A stretch of 48,292 nucleotides of DNA, filler included, from Jimgerdemannia flammicorona (lineage: Eukaryota), in NCBI GenBank assembly GCA_003990765.1. It is 2 parts of 2 records of this genome, joined end to end, with 100 filler letters (N's around TTAATTAATTAA, not from the genome) between each part and the next. Parts side by side here need not be neighbours in the genome. Positions count along the whole stretch, not along the records: positions 1 to 24,098 come from RBNJ01001022.1; 1 more part is not named here. One strand, written 5' to 3'. Shown piece after piece: positions 1-11,479 of the stretch (its first letter is position 1; each line of letters begins with the position of its first letter). The position numbers were made by a program, and so were the translations under genes. The notes under the pieces are model-generated. The model ran no database searches. It worked only from the letters and a program-made list of their open reading frames with translations, and was not told the origin of the DNA.

Positions 1-984
1 TTTTTTAGTTACACAATCACCAGCGCCATCAACTTCACCATCAAGTTTGCTGCCCCAGATACTGCCCAAATATTCTTCAAGACAATCTTTCAAAATTGTG
101 GTCTTCCAAAGATCATGATTAGCAATTGAAATACAAAATTCACAAGTCATTTCTGGCAGATATTGTTCAAGATACTTGGAGCCCAATAAGCTCTAAGCAT
201 AGCATACTATCTACAAACTGATGGATAAACTGAGTGAGCAAACCAGACCCTTGAGCAGATGCTAAGAAACTATGTTTCTTACAAATAAGATAACTGGGAA
301 CAATATCTTATCTTTATGGAGTTCACCTATAACAACTCAGTACAAGTCTCAACAGGCTTCACACCTTTCAAGTTACTGTATAGTCAAGATATACAAACTC
401 CATCTAGCCTACTTGCTTAAGTTGAGAAAGAACTTTCTAAAGTTCCTACTACTCAAGATCTCATTAATAATATAGTCATAATGATTCAAGTTGCCAAAGA
501 TAACTTACTCAAGGCCCAGATACAATAAACCACATATGCTAATACTAAGAGACAGAAGATCAAATTCAAGATTGATAATCAAGTACTCTTATCTACTATA
601 AACCTCAATTTGGTATCCCAAGTCAACTGTTCCTCCAAGAAACTTCAAGTAAGATACATTGGTCTCTATGAGATACTTGAATAAGTATCTCCAGTAGTAT
701 ATAAGTTAATGCTACCACAAACTATCCATATCTATATCTCTCTGCTCAAGCTATACTATAATAGTCTATACAAGTATCTAAACTAGACTCCTCAGCCATC
801 AGCACCTCTTTTTATTAATAGTTACATTGAGTATAAAATAGAGAAGATTCTTGATAAATATATACATTACAATTATACTGAGTATCTTGTCAAATGAGTA
901 GACTATCCTAAGTATAACAGTACTTAGAAACTTATTAGAAATCTCAAGAATACTCAATGAGCTCTTTATGAATATAAATATTGA
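1..984 (+). pseudogene. Degenerate Ty3/Gypsy (chromovirus) integrase C-terminus plus chromodomain, truncated by the window start
   Basis: Frame-1 translation with stops gives GLPKIMISN..FTSHFW..AYYLQTDG*TE*ANQTLEQMLR..YNNS..STGFTPF (integrase core) and KLQVRYIGLY (GPY/F-like). At ~829-960, EYKIEKILD..EYLVK*..ST*..NL is chromodomain-like. Confidence 0.85.
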
Positions 985-1014
985 GAATAATATTCTCTTT
1001 CAAGAGAAAGAGGA

Positions 1015-1416
1015 TGTAATAATCCTCTATATTTTATTTTACTTTTGCTGAATTATCATCTTTTTCTTTATTATATTATTCAGTAGAATATTTCAGAATA
1101 GCTTAGAATAGTATAGAATTACTTAGTCATTTGTCAAGAATCTGTTTCTCAAATAGTTCTACTAAGATTATATCAATTACTAATTAATACTTAGTAACTC
1201 TCTATAATGTTTTACTAAGTTTTACCAAGTATGACTTATTGCTTAGTATCTAGCTTAATAATGTTCTATCTGTTTCTTCTTTATTCTATTTCTCTTATAT
1301 AAATACTTTCTCAAAATACTTTAATAAAGCTCTGTCTAGTTAGTTATTATATATTTACTTAAATCTTCTAAAGGTAATTAAACTTCTCAAGTTCTATTCC
1401 TTAAAATCTCATTATA
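1015..1416 (+). repeat. 3' LTR of the chromovirus relic
   Basis: Polypurine tract AAGAGAAAGAGGA (1002-1014) is directly followed by TGTAAT. The putative end ATTATA (1411-1416) is the decayed inverse ATTACA. The partner LTR is outside the window. Confidence 0.6.
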
Positions 1417-2020
1417 TATTTATATTTATATATTTGCTAGTATATAGTCTAAGTCTTAGATTTTATTTAGCTTAACTATATTGAAGCACTCTTATAATTT
1501 AATAAGCATAATTATTCTCTATAATATATATATTTATTACAAAAAGACCTTCTATAGATCCTGTAGATATAGTGGTAAATAAGGCCAAAGTTAGTATAGA
1601 TAGAGTCAATAATGTAGGCAATAATAATAATAACAAGATCAGCAAATCCAAACTCAAAATCAATATAATAATAGCTAATCAACTAAGTATGATAATTACT
1701 ATAAATACTGTAGCAAGTATGGACATAGAAAGTACTATTATTATTACTGAAAATATAATAAGAATAGTGGTAAAAATATATAAGCAATAATGTAGAGACC
1801 AGTATTAGTTTGGGATAATAACTCAATATATCAATATATGACTTATACTATCTCATTAGTTTTATGTCATTTATCAGTAATGTGATCTATATAACTTTAA
1901 TAAAAATGACCTCTTTACAACAAAGTTTTGTTTTCTGACAATAGAGGATAGGATCACAGCTTGCTTGAGACATATATCTCTACTTTTATTTTTTAGTGAC
2001 AACATCTAAATAAATAATAG

Positions 2021-2154
2021 TTCAATCTTTTGTAATAATTTTAAGAGGTATGATGAGTTCAAAGGGAGAAAAATGAACCTTAGGAAAGATTTTTGATTCA
2101 AAGAATATATATTTGAGTGAAAAGAAAAGAAACATACAGTAGAAAAACTAGCCC
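2021..2154 (-). repeat. Split direct repeat B2 of the Ngaro-type element
   Basis: TTCAATCTTTTGTAATAA...GTAGAAAAAC block is repeated at 2421-2555. Confidence 0.9.
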
Positions 2155-2184
2155 CTTATATATATATGTAGAGAGGGAGGATAG

Positions 2185-2422
2185 TAGAAAAAGTGAGTAC
2201 AAATATATATAAAAGCAAATATGAATATATATTATGGCATAAAGCATAGCATATAGTACATAGAGTACTGAATTAGATAGTATTTAGTAAAGAGGACCAA
2301 AAAAGAAAATATATATACATAATGCAGCCCAAAATAGAAATAAGATATATAGCACCAAAGACCTAAATACCCAAGACATTCCTATATCCATTGACCTATA
2401 GACTTGAATGAGTCCCCTCATT
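2185..2422 (-). repeat. Split direct repeat A2 of the Ngaro-type element
   Basis: 238 bp, colinear with 17301-17538 (TAGAAAAAGT...CCCCTCATT), differing mainly by transitions. Confidence 0.9.
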
Positions 2423-2555
2423 CAATCTTTTGTAATAAATATCAAGAGATATAATAAGTTCAAAGGGAGAAAAAAGAACTCTGGGAAAGATTTTTGATTC
2501 AAAGAATATATATTTGGGTGAAAAGAAAAGAAATATATAGTAGAAAAACCAGTCC
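2421..2555 (-). repeat. Split direct repeat B1 of the Ngaro-type element
   Basis: Copy of 2021-2154 that abuts A2, forming the B-A (circle-junction-like) joint. Confidence 0.9.
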
Positions 2556-2799
2556 AAATAAGTATTGTGTGACCTAATGTGGGGGAAGTATGAATGAGGA
2601 AGAAAGTATTATATGATCTGATATAGGAAAAGTAAGAATGAGAAAGAACTGACACCCAAAGAAAAGTAGGAAAGTGTAGGCAGAGAAGATAAGATAATAC
2701 TGCAAGCAATGTGATATCAGAATAATGTGGAGAGTACACAGTACTCTGTGTTAATAGCTGGTGTTGCAGGCCCATATACAGTAAGATATACTTTACTGA

Positions 2800-3812
2800 T
2801 TAACTGATATCATAGATATGTAATTAGAAATATCAGTAGCTAAGAGAAGTGGCTGAGTGAGAGAGGCCCAAAGATTACAGATATGAGATATGGGTATGTG
2901 AATATATTCTTAGAATGCCATACTTGACCAGTGCCCAAGTATTTGAATTTCATAGTCTGACAGACCTGCTACAGCAGTATCTGATATAGTACTGATCCAA
3001 AAACTATAGCTGACATAGAGAGCCAGATTGAGTCCAATGTGCAGAAGTAGAGACTGAAGATAGAGAATAAGGTAGGAGTGAGAGAAGGGGCAGCTCACAG
3101 AGCATATGAATAGAGGGACATCTGCTAGATTTGGGGTGGTGAGAAATAGAAGACAAAGTAGAGATATATATAATGCGTAGTGTGTTTGGTGCCATTTTGA
3201 TGATAAACAGAGTACAGCTCTGTTAGAAGGAGTCTATTTTTGAGGCAGGTAGAGTCAGAGTGATGTGCATAGGGTCTATAATATGAGAGTAGAAGGCTAT
3301 ACAGCTTCAAGAAACCTAGAAGGAGGAATCAAATGGACAATCTCATATAAACTCACCCAATCTCAGAAATCTGATATAGGCTAGAGATATCACTGCTGCC
3401 AGATTGAGGTCATTATAGTCTTGCAGACACAGAAGGGCCAGAAGCTGTCATAAGATACTGATGGTAATTGGGTGCCAAGAACAAGCTGGCCATATACCCA
3501 GTCATCATTTGATACTATGTATAACTCGGGGTAGCTGTTGAAGGCCCATAAAAGGGTTGACAAGACTAGAGCCAATGTGAAGAGACCAAATAGCTGAGAG
3601 ATACTGCTTGATAGTAGTGGGTTACAGGTGCCATAAGGTAAGATAACAGACCCAATGCATCAGCACCAGCTCAGATGTAGGTAGAGTACTACTAGAACTA
3701 CAGTTACTATAGAGGGTATAGAAAACTACATTGTTCCAAAGAATATAAGCAACATATAGACTTTACCAGTCCAAACTATAGAAATAAGACAATGATGGAT
3801 AGAAGCATGGCA
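2800..3812 (-). pseudogene. Tyrosine recombinase of the Ngaro-type element (degenerate; ends approximate)
   Basis: ORF 2910-3098(-) reads YVSYSFWISTISDTAVAGLSDYEIQILGHWSSMAF. This is a decayed form of the DIRS YR box-II motif (GHSFRIGAAT..G....IQ.LGRW.S.AF..Y). Confidence 0.85.
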
Positions 3813-3827
3813 TACAGATAATACTAA

Positions 3828-5480
3828 TTATTGTTGGGTATATCTGTATATAGTGGGTGAGATGGTGGAAGTAAGAGATGTCAGAGCAGGACAAAGTGTC
3901 AGTAATGTTGTTATCAGAGATAGAGATATATATAGTGCAAAGTTGAAAAGCATATGATACAATGAGAAAATAAAGTTAGTAAAGAAGCTTGAGTAGAAGA
4001 GGGTTGTGTATAGTGTCTGAGTTGATAATGGCAATGACTGCTTGATTATCTGTATGAAGAAGGATCTGACAGAAAGTCCACTGAGTACTCTAAGTAGCAG
4101 TGGCCACCACAATAGCATAGAACTCTTTGAATTGAATATCATATGATATTAGGGTAGAGGGCCATATAGCTGAGAACCACAATCCTTTATAATATATCCT
4201 AAAGCCTAAGTTACTGCTGGCATTAGTCCATAGATAGACATCAGGCAAACTAGTCCACTTAACTGGATGAATGACTGAAATATCATTCCAAAGCAATAGG
4301 AAAGCTAGCCACTACTAAATATCAGTATAGAATATATCAGATAAAGAGATATAGAAGTTAAAGTTGCTAGAGAGCAGATCAATGAAATGCTGGAAAAAGG
4401 GCCATTCTGGCAGAATGATTTTACTAGTAAAGGCCAAGGAGCTGATGAGGAATTGAAGTTGAGGCCTTATACAAGATGTCTACATAGACCACTGATGAAG
4501 AAGCATTATTATAGCATCAAGTTTGCCTATAGAGAGACAAGCTTCTATCATAACTGAATCAAGCTCAATACCTAGAAAAACCAGAGATATCAACAGCCCC
4601 TCAACCTTCCACTCTTGAATAGACTAGCTAAGGTCTCAGCTAAGGGATAGAAATGATTGAAGGTTGGTAGATGCTGCCCCAATAACTAGTGCAGAGATTA
4701 GCAGAAAGTCATCTATATAATATATGAGAGCCTAGAGACTATGCTGACATATCATCTATGTGAGGAGCTCAGTAAAGAAGTTAAAGAGAAATGGTGAGGA
4801 AGACATGTCAAAAAAAGTGAAACAGTCAAAATAGAACAGACCCAACCATTCAAAATCAAGCAGCTCTCAATCAGCAGAGTAGATGAGTATGTGGTAATAG
4901 GCATCAGCAAGATCAATCTTCAATAGCAGATAACTTTAGCTGAACTGGCAGATTAGGGTCAATATATTGTTGAAACAAACATAGAACAGCATAAAGGCAT
5001 CATGATCAATGTCTGTATTTACTGATTCACTGCTGTGAGGTTAGAATAGGTTATGAATATATCACTAAGTGATGGTAGAATTTTTTTTAGCCACTATGCT
5101 GAGGGGGGATAAGTAGAAGTTAGTGAATAGAGAGACTGAAAATGGACTACAGACTCAATCTGCCATGAGCTCCTGTATGATGTCCAAGATAATAGCATTT
5201 GGATGGTCTAGAGCAGAATGGTAGTTGTGAGCCAAGAAGTGGTACTGAGGGCTATTAAAACTAAGAAGTATACCTTAAGTGATAGCAGTGATAGCAGACT
5301 GAGAGATGGACTAATCAGGATAATGTTGGAGTTTATATGTACATATAGTGGAGTAGAGAGTAGTAGGTAATGGTGGAAATCTCTGTAGAATAGCCTGAGC
5401 AGCATCATCAGGCAGGTGGGGTGGGTGGAGGAATATAGACAAGCAGAGTGGGTAGAGAAATGCAGGCAAGTAGAGTGGGA
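3828..5480 (-). pseudogene. RT/RNase H of the Ngaro-type element (degenerate; start approximate)
   Basis: Minus-strand KIDLADAYYHILI..ELLDFEWLGLFYFD..SSSPFLFN (~4770-4920) and YYIDDFL (~4705-4725). RNase H motifs WTNASSNLGF..WF...W..IQFKEFYAIVVA (4090-4296) and NNITDTLS (~3890-3915). Confidence 0.88.
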
Positions 5481-5555
5481 GCAAATTTCTTGGGCCAAAA
5501 AAGCAGATTCTATAAACAGTGAGACCACAAATAGTCTTCACTACACCATATATAG

Positions 5556-6940
5556 TATGACAAACCAGAACATACCACTTGAATTATAACTTAGCCTGAT
5601 GATATAAATATATAGCATAGTAACCAGTAACCATTGCTGCAGAAAGCTATATAAATAGCCAAACTACTGGATAAGGTATACTTGTATAAGACCTATACAT
5701 CTGTATAAGATCTACACACCTGTGTAAGACCTACACACCTGTGTAAGACCTACACACCCATGCAAGACCTGTATACTTGCCATAAATAGTAATCTATAAT
5801 TAGCAATGTAGTAACCAGATAGCAACCAATTTGTATAAATTATCTCAGAGACAAGAGTGAATAAACCTCAGTCTGAAATATAAACCAAAGAAGTCTCTAA
5901 AGATCGAGCATTGGTCCCCTTTCTACTCCAGTCTACTTTCTGATACAAAGCTTGAAGATTTTGCCACCAAGTTTGAGTGAAGAACTTCACTGCCTTTGGA
6001 ATTATTGGTATGCTTGCCAGATAAGCCTAAAGAACTCAAGTTTCTGCTGTCTAAGAGAAAGCTGCCTTGCTTAAGCCAGTTTCTGATACAACTTCATAGT
6101 GATCCATTCATGCAAATGAAGCCAGTCTTTGACACAACTTTGCTAAGAGACCCTTTCTAAGAAGCTGCTAGCATATTTCCCAGTTGAAGCTGCTGATTCA
6201 GGAAGAATCTGCACCATTGTATTTTCAGAAGAACCCACTAATTCAGGAAGAATCTGCATCATCTGGGTTAATTCTCAATTGAAGCCACAATTTTCAATTT
6301 ATATACATTCTCAGTTGAACCTACCAATTCAGGAAGAATTTGTACCATCTGAGTTATTATTCCCAGAAGAGTCCAGTTCACACCATCTAAGTCTCTATGA
6401 CATCCAAGTCATTTGTTCCCAGTGAGCCTGAGTTATTGAGTCATCTGCTGCCAGCACAATTCCCAGCAACATTCAAGAACCTCACTGATTTAGGAGAATC
6501 TGCACCAAATTGAGTTATCAGCCAGATTACTAGATCATACTGTATAAGGAATCCACTTGTGCTACACAAGATCATCACCCAGAAATCACATACTTTTGGA
6601 AATTGTTGTGCTACACAGAGATTGCCCGTCACTTAAGAAGGAGAACTGCTAAATTGCTAGACCATCATGTATAGAGATTGTCATACTATATATGAAATTC
6701 TACTAATTCCCAGTTGACTCAAGAAGGAAAAGACATACAAATCACTGCTATACCTAGAGAACAGTTCAAATAAGGAAACCGCTCACAGATATCTAGTTTT
6801 GACTATTATACCACTAAACACCAAGGACCTCAGGAATCTTAGAACATTTTGTTGCTTTTTGACAAAGTAACTGGGGGCTCAAGCCAAACTAATCAACTCC
6901 CAACCTTGTAATTTGCCTCCATTGAGCCAGGTACATTATA
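5556..6940 (+). repeat. 5' LTR (1,385 bp)
   Basis: TATGACAAACCAGAA...ACATTATA is colinear with 14500-15864. Contains ~20-bp tandem repeats (ACACCTGTGTAAGACCTAC, ~5680-5780) and recurring ATTCAGGAAGAATCTGCA motifs. Confidence 0.95.
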
Positions 6941-6942
6941 TT

Positions 6943-6960
6943 TGGGGGCTCAACTGAGAA
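6943..6960 (+). promoter_or_regulatory. Primer-binding site, tRNA-Pro-like
   Basis: TGGGGGCTCAACTGAGA lies 2 nt after the LTR and resembles the tRNA-Pro PBS TGGGGGCTCGTCCGGGA, differing mostly by transitions. Confidence 0.75.
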
Positions 6961-7291
6961 GATTTCAAAATCAATATGACTTTTCAGCTCACAAGAACCC
7001 ACAGTCAAACTAGATACATTTGATATAACACCAATCTCTACCACTATAGGAGAACTAGTTATCACCAGCATTTGGACAGGAAGAGAAGTAATCACATCAA
7101 GACTTACCAACTACCCAGTATCAGAAGAATCCCAACCAGAACTAGAAGGCAGTACAGCCTGAAATCCCCAACCAGATCAACCAGACAACACAGGTGGCCC
7201 TGTTGGAGATTTCAAAGAACTTGCGCAAGAACTAGAAGATTGTATTACATAAGCCCAAGATCTTACAGCCAGACACCCCATATCAGTTCCA

Positions 7292-8835
7292 TTGATCTCA
7301 TCAATAGAACCTTTACCACAAGTCCTTGCAGAATTAGAAGTCACTCCTACAAGAATACCTAGACTCATTTTACTTCACCCAAGGACCAGAACATCATCCT
7401 CAAGATATCCAAGCACCTCCATCTCCAGTGACAGCTCAGAAAGTAAAGCAGAATCAGAATCTGGACCAGAATCAGAATCAGAAGAAAGTGATGATGAAAT
7501 GGCCACCTTATTGCCAACCTTTACAGGATACTCAGAGAAAGATCCCAGAGAATTCCTTGATGGAATTGAAGGAATCACAGCTCTGAGGAACCTTTCAGAT
7601 GAAAGAAAAATCGTGATCTACAAGGCTCAGCTCAGAGAACCAGTCAGAGGAATTTTCCACTGAACAGTAAATGACCCAAATTCAGAACTGGTAAGACAGA
7701 TACAAGCAGTGATATTTTATGAGCTAGAATATGAGGCCATGGTCCACTGGCTCATTGAAAAGTATGCAGGAAATGAAACCCATCACAAGGCTCAAGAATT
7801 CATCATGGGGATGAAGATGAAGCTTAGAGAATTGTCCAGAGCCTTCTTCACAAGAATCCAGAAGAGAATGTATGCTGCTGGGTTCAATGCCACCAATCAG
7901 GACATCATAGGTCCAATGACTTTCATGAATGGAATTTCCCTGAACATTGCCCAGCATGTCCACACCCTAGGCATTAGAAGGTCTGAAGAGCAGATAGATG
8001 TAGCCCAAGAATTCTTTGATGTCAGACAAGGAACTACCTAGAGTGATTATGATAAGAAAGAAGATAAAGAAGACATTCTGGTCAAAGCCCTACAAGGACT
8101 CCTTCAAGGATAAGAAAGATTCAAGGAAAGAAGGCCAGTAAAGGAAGGAAAGAAGGACAGAAGTAAAATCTAAGACCTCAGCTCCAAGTTGGACTGATTG
8201 GTTGGATAGATTGAAAAACTCACTATATGCAAAAATCGAAGCTACAAAGACAACAGAGGATATCCACCACAGAGGAGCCAAGGTACCCACCAGGAGATAA
8301 TAGGAATTAACAGCGAGAAGAAAGAAGATACCCTATCCAAGACAGAGCCCAAGTTCAATACTTTCACTGTGGATAATTCAGACACTATGCCACTGAATGT
8401 GATAACAAAAGAAGTGACTGAAGGGACTCAGAACCATCAAACTGAAGAAGTGATACTCAGTATAAGAAGACTGAAGCCCACTCTATTGAAGATTTTGAGG
8501 AGGCAAGCAACAGTGAAGACTACAGTGATCTGGACTTGTACTCTACCAAGGTTACCACCTGAAAAATGGTCTACCCAGCAGAGAAAAGGAAAAGACCTAT
8601 AGGAAGGCCATCCATAAATATCAGCAGAAGAATCATCCAAGAAGAGAACAAAGAACATAAGGAGAAACAAGTAGAAACACCTTCCTGGACTTCTTCACCT
8701 TTTGTCCTCAAGACAAATGAGCTGCTACTAGAAGATAAAGAAATAGAACAAAAAGAATGGGAACCTGCTGCCCCAAAGCCCAAGAAGAAGTACACCCTAA
8801 AGACCATGCCCAGAGACATCTACAATGAAGCCTGA
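7292..8835 (+). pseudogene. Gypsy gag (degenerate; true start may lie further upstream)
   Basis: LPTFTGYSEKDPREFLD is capsid-like. There is a decayed CCHC knuckle VQYFHCG*FRHYATEC at ~8350-8400. Confidence 0.8.
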
Positions 8836-9019
8836 TAGAAGATTCAAGAAGCAAAAATGGAGGTTCCCCTTCTGCAGTTCCTATAACTAATATCAGCTAA
8901 AGTCTGAAACAAACTGTTGAGAACCACCAGGTCTAGTACTGGCCAAGTTTCAATCCCACAGCAAGAACCAGTTTCTATCCCTATCCAAGCAGCTGAAAGA
9001 CATGTCAGCACCTACCTAC

Positions 9020-9350
9020 ATAGAGACATTGGAGGACAAAAGGAAAAATCCTCATAGACACTGGAGTAGCTGTCTGTATCATTGCCAAACAATTCCTAGA
9101 TACCCTCCAATGGCCAATTGATGGACCATCCAACCTCAGCATTATAGTAGCAGATGGAGCCTGAACTCAACCCCTTGAAGAAGTATGAAATATCACTATC
9201 TCTCTTGGACACATTCAGTTCTCCATCCTAAAAGCTGTTGTCACTGAAGCTATCACTTATGACATAATTCTTGGCACCACTGGATGAAGAAAATGAATAG
9301 GGTTGTTGATATTGGTCAATAAGTACTTAAGTTTAACTACCAAGGCAGGA
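9020..9350 (+). pseudogene. Gypsy aspartic protease (degenerate)
   Basis: ILIDTGVAVCII active-site motif (~9048-9083) and YDIILG (~9258-9275). Confidence 0.85.
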
Positions 9351-10660
9351 AGTATAGAGTCAAGGTGACCAGCTATAAGCAATTGAAGAAGAAGAAGGTC
9401 ACTATTCAGGAAGAGTATACCAGCAGTGAAAAGTCTACTATAGAGGAGAAAGAAGAATCTGAAGATGAAAATGACCCCAGACTCAATCTCCAAATTAATC
9501 TGGTGGATGACAGACTAGAAGATAATGTGTGGGCTAAGAACACCATCTCTATTACCATCAGAGCAATTGAAGGAGAAATCAAAGAATGCCCCATCTGCCT
9601 CAAGAGACACAAGTGTTCCAAGCATTCCTCCAAGATCATGGGAACAAGAAAATTGCCTGGCACAGCCTGCTCAGAGTGCAGAAAGAAGAAGAAGAAATAC
9701 AGACATGCTCCAGAAATACCTGCAACTGAAGCTGCAGAAGTACAAGTAATTTGGGATCAAGAATCATCTAAGGAAGAAGAAACTCCTGACCAAGAAGTTC
9801 CTGAACAAGAAGCACCTGAAGCGGAAGAAGTCTCTGAACTCATTCCCTGGGATAATTCTCATTGGATACTCCCTGAAGATAATGACCCTTGGAATATGGA
9901 AGAAGGACTCAGTACAATTACCATTATCCCCAAGAAAGAAACTTACTAAGAAAAGGCTTTTTGGCTAGGAAGATGCCCACATCAAATGGTCTTCCACTCT
10001 CCCTGAGACTACTGTTATCAGTGTCATTTACTAGACCAACAGGAGAGATAAAGATCCCAGAGACCAGAACTCCCAAACACAGTTGTACAGTCAACCACCT
10101 TCCAAGAAGTTACCACCAAGTTGTAAAGCTGATTCAGAGGACAAGGCCACTTCACCTAGACAGAAGTATACCCCTTATCTACTCTTCCACCAATCTATGA
10201 CCAAGATGGGTACCAATTTCTGAGACAACAAGAAATCAGCAACTGGGAATATCATTTCTGAGTAATGGGATATTGCAATCATAGAAGACACCCTGACTGC
10301 CAAGACTGCAGACATCAGAAGATTCACCTCAGTCATGATGTTGCAATCTATACTTTGAAGAGAGGAGATAACAGAGGCCATATCCAAAAGAGCCAGACCA
10401 AGAAGCCAGGAAGAAGAATCCTCAAGATCTATGATTTAGGAGAAGACATTCTAGCTCTCATCAGACATGCAATCTGCTAAGGATAGGCAGAAGATACCAC
10501 CAACTTCATGGAAGCCCTAGACCCTACAGGAAGAAGAGGAATCAACTATCTCCAAGACCCCTCCACTGGAGCCAGATGGCCACACCTCAACCTCAGAGCT
10601 TGGAGGCTCTCTGCTAGTGGAGCTTCAGCCTTAGGAAAGCCCAAACTCAGTAAGGATATT

Positions 10661-11067
10661 GCCCAGTATGCCCTGCTGCATCCCAAGGCCAAACCCCCAA
10701 CCAAAGCCCACCCAGAAGATGTAGGATATGATCTTCACAGTCTGGTGATGAATCTATCAAGCCTGGAAAAACCTTCATGATCAGAACTGGATTAGCCATG
10801 CAGCCACCCCAAGGAGCTTATATCCAACTGACCTCAAGGTCTGGACTTGCCAGACAAGGAATAACTGTAGAAGGAGGAACCATTGACCCAGGATATACAG
10901 GCGAAATCAAGGTTATCCTATACAACAGCAGTGCAGAATGGTACTGAATCATTAGAGGACAGAAGATTGCCCAAGCAGTCTTCATAAAGGTCAGAACTCC
11001 ACAATTACAGGAAGTATCTGAACTGACTGAAGGAACAAGACAAGCCAAAGGATTTGGAAGTTCAGAT
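10661..11067 (+). pseudogene. dut: Retroelement-borne trimeric dUTPase (one frameshift, stops)
   Basis: All five dUTPase motifs occur in order: VGYDL, TSRSGLA, GGTIDPGYTGEI, GQKIAQ and RQAKGFGSS. Confidence 0.92.
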
Positions 11068-11479
11068 AAGAAGGAAGTACATCTCCTTCAAGTCAATCAC
11101 CTCAAATGTTCCCCAGCAAGTGTACCAGCAACTAGTCAGGCTGTACAAGAATCTTATCCTGGAGCCTAGAGAACAAACTACCTTCGAAATCTTTGCACCA
11201 CCCGATCCCAGAAACCTTTTCTTTGAACCTGAGGAAGATATCCCACACCTGGACATAGAGGAATATATATTCTCTGACAAGATAAATCCAGTACACTCCT
11301 GAGCAACCAACCAAAGTTGGGAGACCATCATCTTGCTGAAAGGAACCATCATAGGACATCTGGTGTCTTTTCTCAACTGAACTCATAGGGAAGTTTATGA
11401 ATTAAACCTATTGGAAAATAGCAAAAGGTCTCAGAAGAAAGGAAAGGCCCCTCTGCGACCCAGGAGATAGTGAAGCCTT

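Noticed and set aside
1572..1790. Asn/Ile-rich ORF (likewise 43860-44090)
   Set aside because: Low-complexity AT-rich decayed sequence with no recognisable motif.
5680..6350. CRISPR-like array in the Gypsy LTR repeats (also 36100-36300 and 39148-39574)
   Set aside because: They are degenerate tandem repeats without regular unique spacers, in a eukaryotic TE context, with no cas genes.
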